The notes below the pieces were generated by a model that was not told the origin of the DNA, did no database searches, and saw only the letters and a list, made by a program, of their open reading frames with translations. 64,000 bases of DNA. It comes from Escherichia coli. GTDB lineage: Bacteria; Pseudomonadota; Gammaproteobacteria; Enterobacterales; Enterobacteriaceae. Position 1 is the stretch's first letter. Each line of letters begins with the position of its first letter. A program made the translations under genes and the position numbers. This document shows, piece by piece, positions 1 through 13,241 of this stretch. Where the stretch lies: the NCBI RefSeq assembly GCF_030384885.1, contig NZ_CP128613.1, one strand, 5' to 3'.

Positions 1-545
1 AAGAGGCTCCCACTGCTTGTACGTACACGGTTTCAGGTTCTTTTTCACTCCCCTCGCCGGGGTTCTTTTCGCCTTTCCCTCACGGTACTGGTTCACTATC
101 GGTCAGTCAGGAGTATTTAGCCTTGGAGGATGGTCCCCCCATATTCAGACAGGATACCACGTGTCCCGCCCTACTCATCGAGCTCACAGTATGTGCATTT
201 TTGTGTACGGGGCTGTCACCCTGTATCGCGCGCCTTTCCAGACGCTTCCACTAACACACACACTGATTCAGGCTCTGGGCTGCTCCCCGTTCGCTCGCCG
301 CTACTGGGGGAATCTCGGTTGATTTCTTTTCCTCGGGGTACTTAGATGTTTCAGTTCCCCCGGTTCGCCTCATTAACCTATGGATTCAGTTAATGATAGT
401 GTGACGAATCACACTGGGTTTCCCCATTCGGAAATCGCCGGTTATAACGGTTCATATCACCTTACCGACGCTTATCGCAGATTAGCACGTCCTTCATCGC
501 CTCTGACTGCCAGGGCATCCACCGTGTACGCTTAGTCGCTTAACC
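1..545 (-). rRNA. rrl: 23S ribosomal RNA, 5' ~545 nt only (gene continues beyond window start)
   Basis: Reverse complement of 519-545 reads GGTTAAGCGACTAAGCGTACACGGTGG, the canonical enterobacterial 23S 5' end; track ORFs in this span are spurious. Confidence 0.93.
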
Positions 546-648
546 TCACAACCCGAAGATGTTTCTTGCGATTCATCATCGTGTTGCGAAAATTTGAGAG
601 ACTCACGAACAACTTTCGTTGTTCAGTGTTTCAATTTTCAGCTTGATC

Positions 649-667
649 CAGATTTTTAAAGAGCAAA
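649..667 (-). promoter_or_regulatory. spacer boxA-like antitermination element between tRNA and 23S
   Basis: Minus strand reads TGCTCTTTAAAAATCTGGA, resembling the rrn boxA core TGCTCTTTAACAA. Confidence 0.5.
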
Positions 668-739
668 TATCTTAAACATGACTCGTAAGTCATCTTTAAC
701 GATATTAAGGTCGGCGACTTTCACTCACAAACCAGCAAG

Positions 740-815
740 TGGCGTCCCCTAGGGGATTCGAACCCCTGTTACCGCCGTGAAAGGGCGGTGTCCTGGGCCT
801 CTAGACGAAGGGGAC
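740..815 (-). tRNA. gltU: tRNA-Glu (anticodon UUC) in the 16S-23S spacer
   Basis: Reverse complement gives 76 nt GTCCCCTTCGTCTAGAGGCCCAGGACACCGCCCTTTCACGGCGGTAACAGGGGTTCGAATCCCCTAGGGGACGCCA with anticodon loop CCTTTCACG. Confidence 0.95.
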
Positions 816-986
816 ACGAAAATTGCTTATCACGCGCTGCGTGATATTTTCGTGTAGGGTGAGCTTTCATTAATAGAAAGCGAACGGCCTTATTCTCTTC
901 AGCCTCACTCCCAACGCGTAAACGCCTTGCTATTCACTTTTCATCAGACAATCTGTGTGAGCACTGCAAAGCACAGTTCTTTAAGG

Positions 987-2528
<1,542 letters not shown>

Positions 2529-2659
2529 AAAAGTTTGATGCTCAAAGAATTAAACTTCGTAATGAATTACGTGTTCACTCTTGAGACTTGGTATTCATTT
2601 TTCGTCTTGCGACGTTAAGAATCCGTATCTTCGAGTGCCCACACAGATTGTCTGATAAA

Positions 2660-2672
2660 TTGTTAAAGAGCA
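2660..2672 (-). promoter_or_regulatory. rrn leader boxA (Nus-dependent antitermination)
   Basis: Minus strand TGCTCTTTAACAA within TGCTCTTTAACAATTTATCAGACAATCTGTGTG leader. Confidence 0.75.
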
Positions 2673-2709
2673 GTGCCGCTTCGCTTTTTCTCAGCGGCGC
2701 GGGGTGTAC

Positions 2710-2737
2710 ATAATACGCTTTCCCGCTTCAGAGTCAA
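2710..2737 (-). promoter_or_regulatory. rrn P2 promoter (-35 TTGACT, -10 TATTAT)
   Basis: Minus strand reads TTGACTCTGAAGCGGGAAAGCGTATTATG; matches the known rrn P2 architecture. Confidence 0.65.
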
Positions 2738-2827
2738 GCATTTTTTTGCTTTTCTCTGTCGAGATTCTCAGGAGAACCCCGCTGACCCGGCGGCGTGTTT
2801 GCCGTTGTTCCGTGTCAGTGGTGGCGC

Positions 2828-2890
2828 ATTATAGGGAGTTATTCCGGCCTGACAAGAGGAAATTTAAAATAATTTTCCGACCGCGCATTT
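2828..2890 (-). promoter_or_regulatory. rrn P1 promoter with upstream AT-rich UP element (-35 TTGTCA, -10 TATAAT, GC-rich discriminator)
   Basis: Minus strand reads TTGTCAGGCCGGAATAACTCCCTATAATGCGCCAC, preceded by AAATTATTTTAAATTTCC. Confidence 0.7.
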
Positions 2891-3007
2891 TTTCAGCAAA
2901 AGCCCCGTTAATGTGCCATAAAACAAGCAATTTGCCGTTTTTGCAACCGTAATCACACTTCCTGGTGGCATACTAAGGAGGAATAAAAAGAAAAAGGAAG
3001 ATTAGTA

Positions 3008-3700
3008 ATGCCTTTAAGCGCACAACAGTTAGCTGCACAGAAAAACCTTTCGTATGTTCTGGCTGAGAAGCTGGCGCAACGGATCTTAAAAGGTGAATAT
3101 GAACCCGGCACCATTTTGCCTGGTGAGATTGAGCTGGGCGAGCAATTTGGAGTGAGTCGTACAGCGGTACGCGAAGCGGTTAAAACGTTAACGGCAAAAG
3201 GGATGGTTTTACCGCGACCACGAATTGGTACCCGGGTCATGCCACAATCAAACTGGAATTTTCTTGATCAGGAATTGCTTACCTGGTGGATGACAGAAGA
3301 GAACTTTCATCAGGTCATCGATCACTTTCTGGTTATGCGTATCTGTCTGGAGCCGCAAGCTTGCCTACTGGCTGCAACGGTTGGCACCGCGGAACAGAAG
3401 GCGCATCTCAATACGTTAATGGCCGAAATGGTGGCATTAAAAGAGAACTTTCGCCGTGAACGCTGGATTGAGGTCGATATGGCCTGGCATGAGCATATCT
3501 ATGAAATGAGCGCCAATCCGTTTTTGACCTCATTCGCCTCGCTCTTCCATTCGGTTTATCACACTTACTTCACGTCAATTACCAGCGACACAGTGATAAA
3601 GCTGGATCTGCACCAGGCGATTGTTGATGCGATTATCCAAAGCGATGGCGACGCGGCATTTAAAGCTTGTCAGGCGCTGCTACGCTCACCTGATAAGTGA
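3008..3700 (+). CDS. yieP: GntR/FadR-family transcriptional regulator YieP
   Basis: 230 aa ORF with N-terminal GntR helix-turn-helix (GVSRTAVREAVKTL); strong RBS AAGGAGGA upstream; K-12 synteny. Confidence 0.93.
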   Translation: MPLSAQQLAAQKNLSYVLAEKLAQRILKGEYEPGTILPGEIELGEQFGVSRTAVREAVKTLTAKGMVLPRPRIGTRVMPQSNWNFLDQELLTWWMTEENFHQVIDHFLVMRICLEPQACLLAATVGTAEQKAHLNTLMAEMVALKENFRRERWIEVDMAWHEHIYEMSANPFLTSFASLFHSVYHTYFTSITSDTVIKLDLHQAIVDAIIQSDGDAAFKACQALLRSPDK

Positions 3701-3722
3701 CACCCCGATAACAGGACATTGA

Positions 3723-5150
3723 ATGAGCGATAAAAAGAAGCGCAGTATGGCGGGTTTGCCGTGGATCGCGGCGATGGCCTTCTTCATGCAGGCACTTGAT
3801 GCCACTATTCTGAATACCGCCTTACCCGCAATCGCTCATAGCCTTAATCGTTCTCCTCTCGCGATGCAATCAGCCATCATCAGTTACACGCTGACGGTGG
3901 CGATGCTTATTCCGGTAAGCGGATGGCTAGCCGATCGCTTCGGTACGCGTCGCATATTTACCCTTGCCGTGAGTCTGTTCACATTGGGTTCTCTGGCCTG
4001 CGCACTTTCTAACTCGCTACCACAGCTGGTTGTCTTCCGGGTTATTCAGGGGATAGGTGGCGCAATGATGATGCCTGTTGCTCGGCTGGCCTTACTGCGT
4101 GCTTATCCTCGTAATGAGCTTCTTCCTGTATTGAATTTTGTCGCCATGCCGGGTCTGGTGGGGCCAATTTTAGGCCCCGTACTTGGCGGCGTGCTGGTCA
4201 CCTGGGCAACCTGGCACTGGATATTTTTAATCAATATCCCCATAGGTATTGCCGGCCTTCTTTACGCGCGCAAACATATGCCCAATTTCACCACCGCACG
4301 ACGCAGATTCGATATCACTGGCTTTTTGCTGTTTGGCCTCAGCCTTGTTCTCTTCTCAAGCGGAATAGAGCTATTCGGTGAAAAGATTGTCGCCAGTTGG
4401 ATTGCCTTGACGGTAATTGTCACCAGCATCGGGTTACTGCTTCTCTATATTCTCCATGCACGACGCACGCTAAACCCATTAATTTCATTAGATTTATTTA
4501 AAACCCGCACTTTCTCGATCGGTATAGTAGGCAATATTGCAACCCGTCTGGGGACCGGCTGTGTACCGTTCCTTATGCCATTGATGTTACAGGTAGGATT
4601 TGGTTATCAGGCGTTTATTGCCGGCTGTATGATGGCACCGACAGCGTTAGGTTCCATTATTGCAAAATCGATGGTTACCCAAGTCTTACGTCGTCTGGGC
4701 TATCGCCATACGTTAGTGGGGATCACGGTAATTATTGGGCTAATGATCGCTCAGTTCTCTTTGCAATCACCAGCAATGGCGATATGGATGCTGATCTTGC
4801 CGTTGTTTATATTAGGGATGGCTATGTCGACGCAATTTACCGCGATGAATACCATCACACTTGCCGATCTGACCGATGACAACGCCAGCAGCGGTAACAG
4901 TGTTCTGGCGGTCACGCAGCAACTGTCTATCAGTTTAGGCGTTGCTGTAAGTGCGGCCGTCCTTCGCGTTTATGAAGGGATGGAAGGCACAACGACTGTC
5001 GAACAATTCCACTATACGTTTATCACAATGGGCATTATTACTGTTGCTTCAGCAGCAATGTTCATGCTTCTGAAAACAACCGATGGTAATAATTTGATCA
5101 AAAGACAGCGTAAATCTAAGCCGAACCGCGTTCCATCAGAATCGGAGTAA
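3723..5150 (+). CDS. hsrA: MFS transporter HsrA (YieO)
   Basis: 475 aa polytopic membrane protein with MFS motifs; K-12 synteny next to rbsR. Confidence 0.93.
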
Positions 5151-6108
5151 GTTGTAATCGTTGTTGCTGAAGGGTCGGTTGGGTTATCCGATGGATGAGT
5201 ACATCAATCGCCAGCTCCCCCAGTTCATCTTTCGGTTGATGGATAGTGGTTAATGGTGGCGTCATAAAGCTTGCCAGTTCGATATCGTCATAGCCAATCA
5301 CCGCGATATCCTGCGGAACCTGTAACTCTGCCTGATATAGCGCCTGGTAAACGCCAACAGCCATAGCGTCATTTCCGGTAAAGACGGCCTGAGGACGCAG
5401 CGGATGTGATAACAGTTGGCGCATAGCGTCAAACCCGCCGTTAAATTCAAAATCACCAGTGACTTCATAGCCATCAGGAATGTTGAGACCCGCACGTTTC
5501 ATCGCCGCCCGATAACCTTCCAACCGCAGGCGCGCCGGAGTTTTATCCAGCGGGCCGGTAATACAGGCGATACGGGTATGACCTTTATCGATCAGATATT
5601 GCGTTGCTAAGTCTCCGCCCAGCAACGAGTTATCCTGAATAAGATCGCTGTCGCCATCGAACGGTGCCCAGTCCATCATCACGGTAGGCACTGTCGGATA
5701 ACGTTGCATGATTTCACGCGAAGGCTGATGCGTTTCGGTGCACAGTAACAGCAAGCCATCAACGCGTTTTTGCATCAGCGTTTCCAGATTGCGATTCATC
5801 CGCTGTTCATCGCCTTCGGTATTGCAAAGGACAAGACTATAACCGCGTTCGAAGCAGCTGCGTTCAACGCCACGCACCAGTTCAGAATAGAAAGGATTGG
5901 TACTGGCAGTGATCAACATGCCAATGGTATGTGTTTGATTGAGTTTGAGGCTACGCGCCAGAGCTGATGGCGCGTAATTGAGTTCTTTAATCGCCGCTTC
6001 AACTTTGGCGGTAATCGCTTCACTGACGAAGCGATCTTTATTGATAACGTGAGAAACTGTTGAGGTAGAAACGCCCGCCAGGCGGGCAACATCTTTCATT
6101 GTAGCCAA
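5116..6108 (-). CDS. rbsR: ribose operon repressor RbsR (LacI family)
   Basis: 330 aa, N-terminal [23 protein letters not shown] helix-turn-helix; 3' end overlaps hsrA 3' end convergently. Confidence 0.96.
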
Positions 6109-6111
6109 GCG

Positions 6112-7041
6112 TCACCTCTGCCTGTCTAAAAATGCGTCGATCTCTTCACGCCACGGTACGGAAGGTTGTGCGCCTTTACGTGTTACGGCAATCGCAGCGG
6201 CGGCATGGGCAAAACGAATCGCCTCTGGCAAAGTTTTTTCTTCCAGCAACGCCGTGATTAACGCGCCGTTAAAGGTATCTCCGGCAGCAATGGTATCGAC
6301 AGCCTGCACCCGGAATCCAGGAACGCGCTGACCTTCACCATTCACGCTAGCCCATACACCACGACTTCCTAAAGTAATCAGTACAGTACGGATACCTTTT
6401 TCATGCAGTACCTGCGCCGCTTTCGCTGCATCTTCATCATTTTCAACGCGAATACCGGTGAGCTTTTCTGCTTCCGTTTCGTTTGGCGTAATAATGTCCA
6501 CCAGTGCCAGCAGTTCGTCAGGAAGTTCGCGAGCCGGAGCCGGGTTAAGCGCAACGATAGTCTTATTTTGATGGGCGATTTTCGCCGCTGCCATCACACT
6601 TTCGAGTGGTGATTCCAGCTGCATTAATAATGCCGATGCGTTAGCAATACGCTCACGTTGCGCCTCCACCAGCGCAGGGGAAAGGGCTGCGTTAGCGCCG
6701 GCATGAATACCAATGACATTCTCACCTTCGCCATTAACAAAAATCAGCGCCACACCTGTTGATTCGCCTTTGATCACGCTCACCGGAGAAATATCGATGT
6801 TATCAGTGGCGAGCTGCTGGCGAACGCTTTCACCAATGCTGTCATCACCCGTACAGGCAATAAACGCGATATTCGCACCGCTACGCCCTGCAGCCACAGC
6901 CTGATTCGCGCCTTTGCCGCCAAATGCAACCTGATAGTGGTTACCGGTTACGGTTTCGCCTGGAGTAGGAAAAGATTGAAGATTAAGAATGTGGTCAGCA
7001 TTAATGCTGCCAAGAACAACGAGGCTGCCTGCGTTTTGCAT
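6112..7041 (-). CDS. rbsK: ribokinase
   Basis: Track ORF extends to 7068; start set to MQNAGSLVVLGSINADH to match the known 309 aa ribokinase. Confidence 0.95.
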   Translation of the reverse strand: MQNAGSLVVLGSINADHILNLQSFPTPGETVTGNHYQVAFGGKGANQAVAAGRSGANIAFIACTGDDSIGESVRQQLATDNIDISPVSVIKGESTGVALIFVNGEGENVIGIHAGANAALSPALVEAQRERIANASALLMQLESPLESVMAAAKIAHQNKTIVALNPAPARELPDELLALVDIITPNETEAEKLTGIRVENDEDAAKAAQVLHEKGIRTVLITLGSRGVWASVNGEGQRVPGFRVQAVDTIAAGDTFNGALITALLEEKTLPEAIRFAHAAAAIAVTRKGAQPSVPWREEIDAFLDRQR

Positions 7042-7166
7042 ATTCGGGATGTCCATAAAATGCGCCACCGTGTTAGGGTGGCGCGTGCCCTGCTTTTCTT
7101 TATTTTACACGTTCATCTGTCGATGACGTATTTATGTCACCATCAGGTCATACAACCTGATTAAAA

Positions 7167-8057
7167 CTACTGCTTAACAACCAGTTTCAGATCAACCGGA
7201 TACTTAGCCTGAACTTTCTCGCCTTTCAGCACTTTATCGGCGGTTTCGACGCCTTTCGCGCCAATCTGATCGGGTAGCTGAGCGATAGTCGCTGCTAGTT
7301 TGCCATCATTCACCGCTTTTTCGCCATCCGGTGTACCGTCAAATCCGACGACCATCACATCCGATTTACCAGCAGTTTGCAGCGCGCGCAGCGCGCCCAG
7401 CGCCATTTCATCATTCTGTGCGAACACAGCCTGAACATCCGGATGAGCGGTCAACAGGTTCTGCATTACGTTCAAACCTTTAGTGCGATCAAAATCGGCT
7501 GGCTGGCTGGCAAGAACATTAAACTTGTGAGCAGCAACGGCCTGCTGGAAACCTTCGCCACGCTCACGGGCTGCGGAGGTACCGGCAATGCCTTGCAGCT
7601 CGATAACTTTGGCACCTTCACCCGCTTTCTTCGCGATATAATCCCCCGCGATTTTGCCGCCCAGTACGTTATCAGAAGCAATATGGCTCACTACTTCACC
7701 TTTCGTGGCCTGGCGGTCAAGAGTGATAACCGGGATGTTCGCCTGGTTAGCCATCTTCACAGCATTACCCACTGCGTCGGAGTCGGTCGGGTTAATCAGC
7801 AGAATTTTGGTGCCGCGAACAGTTAAGTCCTGCACGTTCGCCAGCTCTTTCGCCGGATTGTTCTGGGAGTCCAGCACCACCAGGTTATAGCCGAGTTTAT
7901 CCGCCTCTTTCTGCGCGCCATCTTTCAGCGATACAAAGAACGGGTTATTAAGCGTGGAAACCACCAGCGCGATGGTGTCTTTTGCCATCGCATTCGCACT
8001 GACGGTGGCGCTTAGCGCAACAGCGGAAACCAGGGTAGCCAGTTTTTTCATGTTCAT
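7167..8057 (-). CDS. rbsB: ribose ABC transporter periplasmic binding protein
   Basis: 296 aa from [23 protein letters not shown] signal peptide; track ORF has 2 extra N-terminal codons. Confidence 0.96.
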   Translation of the reverse strand: MNMKKLATLVSAVALSATVSANAMAKDTIALVVSTLNNPFFVSLKDGAQKEADKLGYNLVVLDSQNNPAKELANVQDLTVRGTKILLINPTDSDAVGNAVKMANQANIPVITLDRQATKGEVVSHIASDNVLGGKIAGDYIAKKAGEGAKVIELQGIAGTSAARERGEGFQQAVAAHKFNVLASQPADFDRTKGLNVMQNLLTAHPDVQAVFAQNDEMALGALRALQTAGKSDVMVVGFDGTPDGEKAVNDGKLAATIAQLPDQIGAKGVETADKVLKGEKVQAKYPVDLKLVVKQ

Positions 8058-8081
8058 ATTCAAGATGTCCTGTAGTCGTTA

Positions 8082-9047
8082 TTACTGTTTTTTGTTGTCT
8101 ACCAGCACCGCCAGCAAAATCACCACCGCTTTGACGATCATCTGGTAATAGGAGGAAACACCTAACAAATTCAATCCATTATTAAGGAAGCCAAGAATTA
8201 ATGCGCCGATCAACGTCCCAACAATGCGACCTTTTCCGCCCGCCAGACTCGTACCGCCCAGAACCACCGCAGCAATAGCATCCAGCTCATAGCCAGTCCC
8301 CGCCGTGGGTTGTGCGGAGGAGAGACGCGCCACTTCAATGATCCCGGCCAGCGATGCCAGCAGACCACAAAGAGAATAGACGATGATTTTGATTTTATTG
8401 ACGTTGATACCAGAAAGACGCGTAGCCGCTTCGTTGCCGCCCAGCGCGTAGATGTAACGCCCCAGACGCGTGTGATGCAGCATGTACCAGGCCGCGAGGA
8501 AGACAATTCCCATGATCCAGACTGGCGTCGGTACGCCCAGCGGACGACCAATACCAAACCAACCAAACAGATCGGCGTTCTCAGTAAAGCCGGTATTCAC
8601 TGGGCTACCGTTGGTATAAACCATGGTCACGCCGCGCAGTAAAAGCATCATAACCAGCGTAGCGATAAACGCCTGGACGCGACCTTTCGCTACAATCACC
8701 CCGGTTACCGCACCAATTGCGGCACCTAACGCGAGAGCAGCAGCAACAGCCACCAGCGCATTGACTTCAATGCCGACGATAGATGCAGCAACTGCGCCGG
8801 TCAGCGCCAACAGAGAACCTACTGACAAGTCGATGCCCGACGTCAGGATCACCAGCGTCATCCCGACCGCCATAATGGCATTCACCGAGGTTTGCTGGAG
8901 AATATTGAATAAGTTATTGATGGTGAAAAAGTTCGGGCTTAACGTCGAGACAATCGCGATCAGCACCAGCAGAGCGATAAGCGATTTCTGCTCCATCAGC
9001 CACGCTTTCGTGAAATAACGGCGACCAGAGACAGTCTGGGTTGTCAT
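8082..9047 (-). CDS. rbsC: ribose ABC transporter permease
   Basis: 321 aa hydrophobic ORF, operon context. Confidence 0.96.
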   Translation of the reverse strand: MTTQTVSGRRYFTKAWLMEQKSLIALLVLIAIVSTLSPNFFTINNLFNILQQTSVNAIMAVGMTLVILTSGIDLSVGSLLALTGAVAASIVGIEVNALVAVAAALALGAAIGAVTGVIVAKGRVQAFIATLVMMLLLRGVTMVYTNGSPVNTGFTENADLFGWFGIGRPLGVPTPVWIMGIVFLAAWYMLHHTRLGRYIYALGGNEAATRLSGINVNKIKIIVYSLCGLLASLAGIIEVARLSSAQPTAGTGYELDAIAAVVLGGTSLAGGKGRIVGTLIGALILGFLNNGLNLLGVSSYYQMIVKAVVILLAVLVDNKKQ

Positions 9048-9051
9048 TTTT

Positions 9052-10557
9052 TTACTCCTGATTCACGCGATTAAGCTTGCCCACAGCGGCAGCCATTAAC
9101 ACTTCCTGGGTGGCCTGCTCACGAGTAAATTCCCCGCTGAGATGCCCTTCATGCATGACGATGATGCGATCGCTCATGCCTAATACTTCTGGCATCTCCG
9201 ATGACACCAGAATGATGCTCAAGCCATCGGCTTTGAACTGGTTAATCAGTTGATAGATCTCTTTTTTCGCACCAACATCTACGCCACGGGTAGGTTCATC
9301 AAGAATCAACACTTTGGGGCGTGTCATCAGTCCACGGGCAATCGCCACTTTTTGCTGATTGCCACCGGAGAGCAAACCAATTGCCTGTTCCATCGACGGC
9401 GTTTTCACATTAAACAGACGAATAAAATCACTCACTGCCTGCTGTTCATCGGCATGCTTCAAACTGCCGCCAGTACGGCTAAAGTAACGCAGCGCAGTCA
9501 GCGACATATTCTCTTTGACTGACATACCCAGCACTAAACCGTCACGTTTGCGGTCTTCGGAGATATACACAATGCCGTTTGCCAGGCCATCCTGCGGTGA
9601 ACGGGTAACGACTTCATGCCCATCCAGAGTGACGTAACCGCTGGTACGCGGCAGTGCGCCGTAGAGCACTTTCATCAGTTCGGTACGCCCCGCGCCCATC
9701 AAACCAGAGACGCCAAGAATTTCACCTTTGCGTAAGGTAAATGAAACATCATTAACGCCAGGTCCGCAGAGATTATCGACTTTCAGGCGGATATCGCCCG
9801 GCGCTTTGTCCAGGTGTGGATATTGATCTTCCAGCTTGCGGCCCACCATCATCTCAATCAGCGAATCTTCGGTCAGTGATGCCACTTCGCGCTCAGCAAT
9901 AAATTGCCCGTCACGAAAAACAGTAACGTCATCGCAAATTTCGAAGATTTCTTTCATGCGGTGGGAGATATAGACAATACCGCGGCCTTGCGATTTCAGC
10001 TCGCGGATGACGCGGAACAAGGATTCGGTTTCGGTATCGGTCAGTGCATCGGTCGGTTCATCCATAATGATGACTTTCGACTCAAAGCTCAGCACTTTGG
10101 CAATTTCAACCATTTGCTGGTCACCGATGGAAAGATCGCCCACCAGCTTGTCACTTTTAAAACGCAGGTTAAGTTTAGCCAGCAATTTATCCGCTTCGGC
10201 ATACATGGTTTTCCAGTCAATTTTGCCAAAGCGATTAACAAACTCACGACCGAGGAAAATGTTTTCGGCAATGGTTAACTGCGGGATCAGGTTCAGTTCC
10301 TGATGGATGATTCCAATGCCGGCTTCCTGGGATGATTTCGGTCCGGTAAACGTCGTTTCTTTCCCCAGCCATAAAAGCGTACCGGCATCGCGAGTATAGA
10401 TACCAGTAAGCACTTTCATCATGGTGGATTTACCCGCGCCGTTTTCGCCCACCAGCGCCATCACGCGGCCAGGATAGACATTTAACGCTGCGCCCGAGAG
10501 GGCTTTTACGCCCGGGAAGGCTTTATCGATGCCTTTAAGCTGAAGTAATGCTTCCAT
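9052..10557 (-). CDS. rbsA: ribose ABC transporter ATPase (duplicated ABC domains)
   Basis: 501 aa with two Walker A motifs (GENGAGKST, and a second ABC domain). Confidence 0.96.
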   Translation of the reverse strand: MEALLQLKGIDKAFPGVKALSGAALNVYPGRVMALVGENGAGKSTMMKVLTGIYTRDAGTLLWLGKETTFTGPKSSQEAGIGIIHQELNLIPQLTIAENIFLGREFVNRFGKIDWKTMYAEADKLLAKLNLRFKSDKLVGDLSIGDQQMVEIAKVLSFESKVIIMDEPTDALTDTETESLFRVIRELKSQGRGIVYISHRMKEIFEICDDVTVFRDGQFIAEREVASLTEDSLIEMMVGRKLEDQYPHLDKAPGDIRLKVDNLCGPGVNDVSFTLRKGEILGVSGLMGAGRTELMKVLYGALPRTSGYVTLDGHEVVTRSPQDGLANGIVYISEDRKRDGLVLGMSVKENMSLTALRYFSRTGGSLKHADEQQAVSDFIRLFNVKTPSMEQAIGLLSGGNQQKVAIARGLMTRPKVLILDEPTRGVDVGAKKEIYQLINQFKADGLSIILVSSEMPEVLGMSDRIIVMHEGHLSGEFTREQATQEVLMAAAVGKLNRVNQE

Positions 10558-10564
10558 GACGGCC

Positions 10565-10984
10565 TCAGAACGTCACGCCAGCATAGAGAATGATATTCGC
10601 ATACGGAGAACATTCTCCGCTGCGAATTACCGCCTGACTTTCTGCGGTTTGTTGTTTGAATTGTTCATGCGTGGTGTAACGAATTTCAATGGTATTTCCC
10701 TGGTGTTTTTGCAGCTGCTCAAGGTGAGTGAGCAACGTTTCGTGGAGTTGCGGATTATGTTGTTTGATCTCTTCCGCGATAATGGCAGCCTCGACCTGCA
10801 TTTCATTTGTGACGACGCCCAGCACCTGCATAAAAGAAGGTACCCCCTGGGTTAATGCCATATCGATACGCGTTGTACTTTTGGGGATGGGTAAACCAGC
10901 ATCACACACCACCAGCGTATCGGTATGTCCCAGACGGGAGATCACCGAAGAAATATCAGAATTAAGAACGGTGCCTTTTTTCAT
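10565..10984 (-). CDS. rbsD: D-ribose pyranase
   Basis: 139 aa from [22 protein letters not shown]; track ORF has 4 extra upstream codons. Confidence 0.93.
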   Translation of the reverse strand: MKKGTVLNSDISSVISRLGHTDTLVVCDAGLPIPKSTTRIDMALTQGVPSFMQVLGVVTNEMQVEAAIIAEEIKQHNPQLHETLLTHLEQLQKHQGNTIEIRYTTHEQFKQQTAESQAVIRSGECSPYANIILYAGVTF

Positions 10985-10997
10985 TTTTTTCTCCATC

Positions 10998-11015
10998 AGC
11001 GAAACGTTTCGCTGA
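10998..11015 (-). promoter_or_regulatory. RbsR operator (perfect palindrome) at the rbs promoter
   Basis: CAGCGAAACGTTTCGCTG perfect 18 bp palindrome immediately upstream of rbsD; a half-site-like CGAAACGTTT recurs near 11081. Confidence 0.75.
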
Positions 11016-11150
11016 CCCGCAGTTTAATCCTGACTGAGTTGGGAAAACCATCGTGACGTTACGGAAATGTGATCAACATCGAAACGTTTTACATGGTGAT
11101 TAACCATGAAAACAAAAACGCCCCCTTATGGAGAAAGGAGGCGTCTGGCG

Positions 11151-13019
11151 TTAAATTTCGACCTGAGTACCCAGTTCGATAACCCTGTTTGGCGGGATTT
11201 CAAATTGATCCGGTGCGCGCAGCGCATTACGTTGCAACAGCAAATACAGCTTGCCGCGCAAACGCAAATACCACGGACGTTTGCCGAGGATCAGTGATTC
11301 ATGCGACATAAAGAAGGAGGTTTCCATCATCCGGCAACTTAATCCTTCCAGACCACAGCGGTGGAAAACTTCTTCCACGTTTGGCGTTTCCCGCCATCCA
11401 TAACTTGCCACCACGCGCCAGAAAGTGGGCGACAGTTGTTCAATCTGTACCCGACGGACGTTATGGACATATGGCGCGTCTTCAGTGCGCAGAGTTAACA
11501 GAATCACCCGCTCATGCAACACCTTGTTATGTTTCAGGTTATGCATCAGTGCAAAGGGAATGACGTTGATTGCACGCGACATATACACCGCGGTCCCTGG
11601 CACGCGAACGGGCGGTGATTTCTCCAGCGAAGCAATCATCGCTTCCAGAGAGTTGCCATGTTCATGCATCCGCCGCAGCAAGCGGAAACGCTCGCTCTTC
11701 CAGGTAGTCATCACGATAAACATTACCGTACCGAGACTCAGTGGCAACCAGCCGCCTGATAGCAGTTTATCGAGGTTAGCGGTGAACAATGGAATATCAA
11801 CACAAAGGAAAGCAATCAGGATCAGCGCAACAAAATACTTATTCCAGTGCCAGTTCTGACGTGCCACGGTAGTTGAGAGAATAGACGTCAGTACCATGGT
11901 TCCGGTCACCGCAATCCCGTACGCCGCCGCCAGGTTGCTGGAGTGCTCAAAGCTGACGATCACAATCACGACCGCGACATAGAGCATCCAGTTCACAAAC
12001 GGAATATAGATTTGCCCAGACTCCATTTCGGAGGTGTGAATAATGCGCATCGGCGACAAATATCCCAGACGTACGGCCTGACGCGTCAATGAGAAGACGC
12101 CAGAGATAACTGCCTGCGAGGCAATTACCGTCGCCAGTGCGGCGATGATCAGCAGCGGGATCAGCGCCCAGTCCGGTGCCAACAGGAAGAACGGGTTCTT
12201 AATCGCTTCCGGGTTCTTTAACAACAGAGCGCCCTGGCCAAAGTAATTAAGAGTTAATGAAGGCAATACGACGGTGAACCACGCCAGGCGAATCGGGAAC
12301 TTACCAAAGTGCCCCATATCAGCGTACAGCGCCTCGACACCGGTAATCGACAGCACCACTGCCCCTAACGCAATAAACGAAACCGTTTTATATTCAAGGA
12401 AGAAATGCACCGCCCACATCGGATTCAGCGCATGCAGCACTTCCGGGTTAGCAATAATGCTACGTAACCCCAGTACTGCCAGAATCAAAAACCAGGTCAG
12501 CATGATCGGCGCAAACAGCTTACCGACCATAGCCGTGCCATGTTTTTGAATCATAAATAGTAAAGTGAGAACGATGATTGAGAGGGGAACTATCCAGGTA
12601 TCCAGCTGCGGGGCGACGATTTCCAGACCTTCAATGGCAGACATCACCGAAATAGCGGGTGTTATGACGACTTCACCATAGAAAAAGCTGCCGCCGATTA
12701 GCCCCATAATCACCAGCATTGATGTGGTTCGCGCTGACGTATTACGCCCGGCAAGCGACATCAACGTCAGGATCCCCCCCTCACCGGCGTTATCTGCCCG
12801 CATCACGAAGGTGAGATACTTAATGGAAACCACAAAGATTAGCAGCCAGAAGATCAGCGATAAAAAGCCAAACACGGCATCGCGTTCAACGCCAAAACCA
12901 AACTGGCCGGACAAACATTCACGAAGTGTATATAACGGGCTGGTACCAATATCGCCGTAGACAACTCCAATCGCCGCGAGGGTAATCGCGGGCAACGATT
13001 GCTTATTATCAGTGCTCAT
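11151..13019 (-). CDS. kup: low-affinity K+ uptake transporter Kup (TrkD)
   Basis: 622 aa membrane protein, [30 protein letters not shown] start. Confidence 0.96.
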   Translation of the reverse strand: MSTDNKQSLPAITLAAIGVVYGDIGTSPLYTLRECLSGQFGFGVERDAVFGFLSLIFWLLIFVVSIKYLTFVMRADNAGEGGILTLMSLAGRNTSARTTSMLVIMGLIGGSFFYGEVVITPAISVMSAIEGLEIVAPQLDTWIVPLSIIVLTLLFMIQKHGTAMVGKLFAPIMLTWFLILAVLGLRSIIANPEVLHALNPMWAVHFFLEYKTVSFIALGAVVLSITGVEALYADMGHFGKFPIRLAWFTVVLPSLTLNYFGQGALLLKNPEAIKNPFFLLAPDWALIPLLIIAALATVIASQAVISGVFSLTRQAVRLGYLSPMRIIHTSEMESGQIYIPFVNWMLYVAVVIVIVSFEHSSNLAAAYGIAVTGTMVLTSILSTTVARQNWHWNKYFVALILIAFLCVDIPLFTANLDKLLSGGWLPLSLGTVMFIVMTTWKSERFRLLRRMHEHGNSLEAMIASLEKSPPVRVPGTAVYMSRAINVIPFALMHNLKHNKVLHERVILLTLRTEDAPYVHNVRRVQIEQLSPTFWRVVASYGWRETPNVEEVFHRCGLEGLSCRMMETSFFMSHESLILGKRPWYLRLRGKLYLLLQRNALRAPDQFEIPPNRVIELGTQVEI

Positions 13020-13241
13020 AGACTAGTCTTTCGTTGAAATATGAAATGTGTGCTTAGTCCCTTGGCCCACAAAAAAGCGCACAGTATGCACGATTAACGA
13101 CAAAATCGTACTCCTAAATGCGGCCACATTAACCTGGCTCAAAGAAAAATAGACCTCTTTTGAGACTATTTTAGCCACCAGCAAGAAACGTCTATACTCG
13201 CAATTTACGCAGAACTTTTGACGAAAGGACGCCACTTCATT

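Noticed and set aside
2704-2952. 82 aa ORF upstream of 16S
   Set aside because: Coincides with the rrn P1/P2 promoter and leader region (UP element, boxA) on the opposite strand
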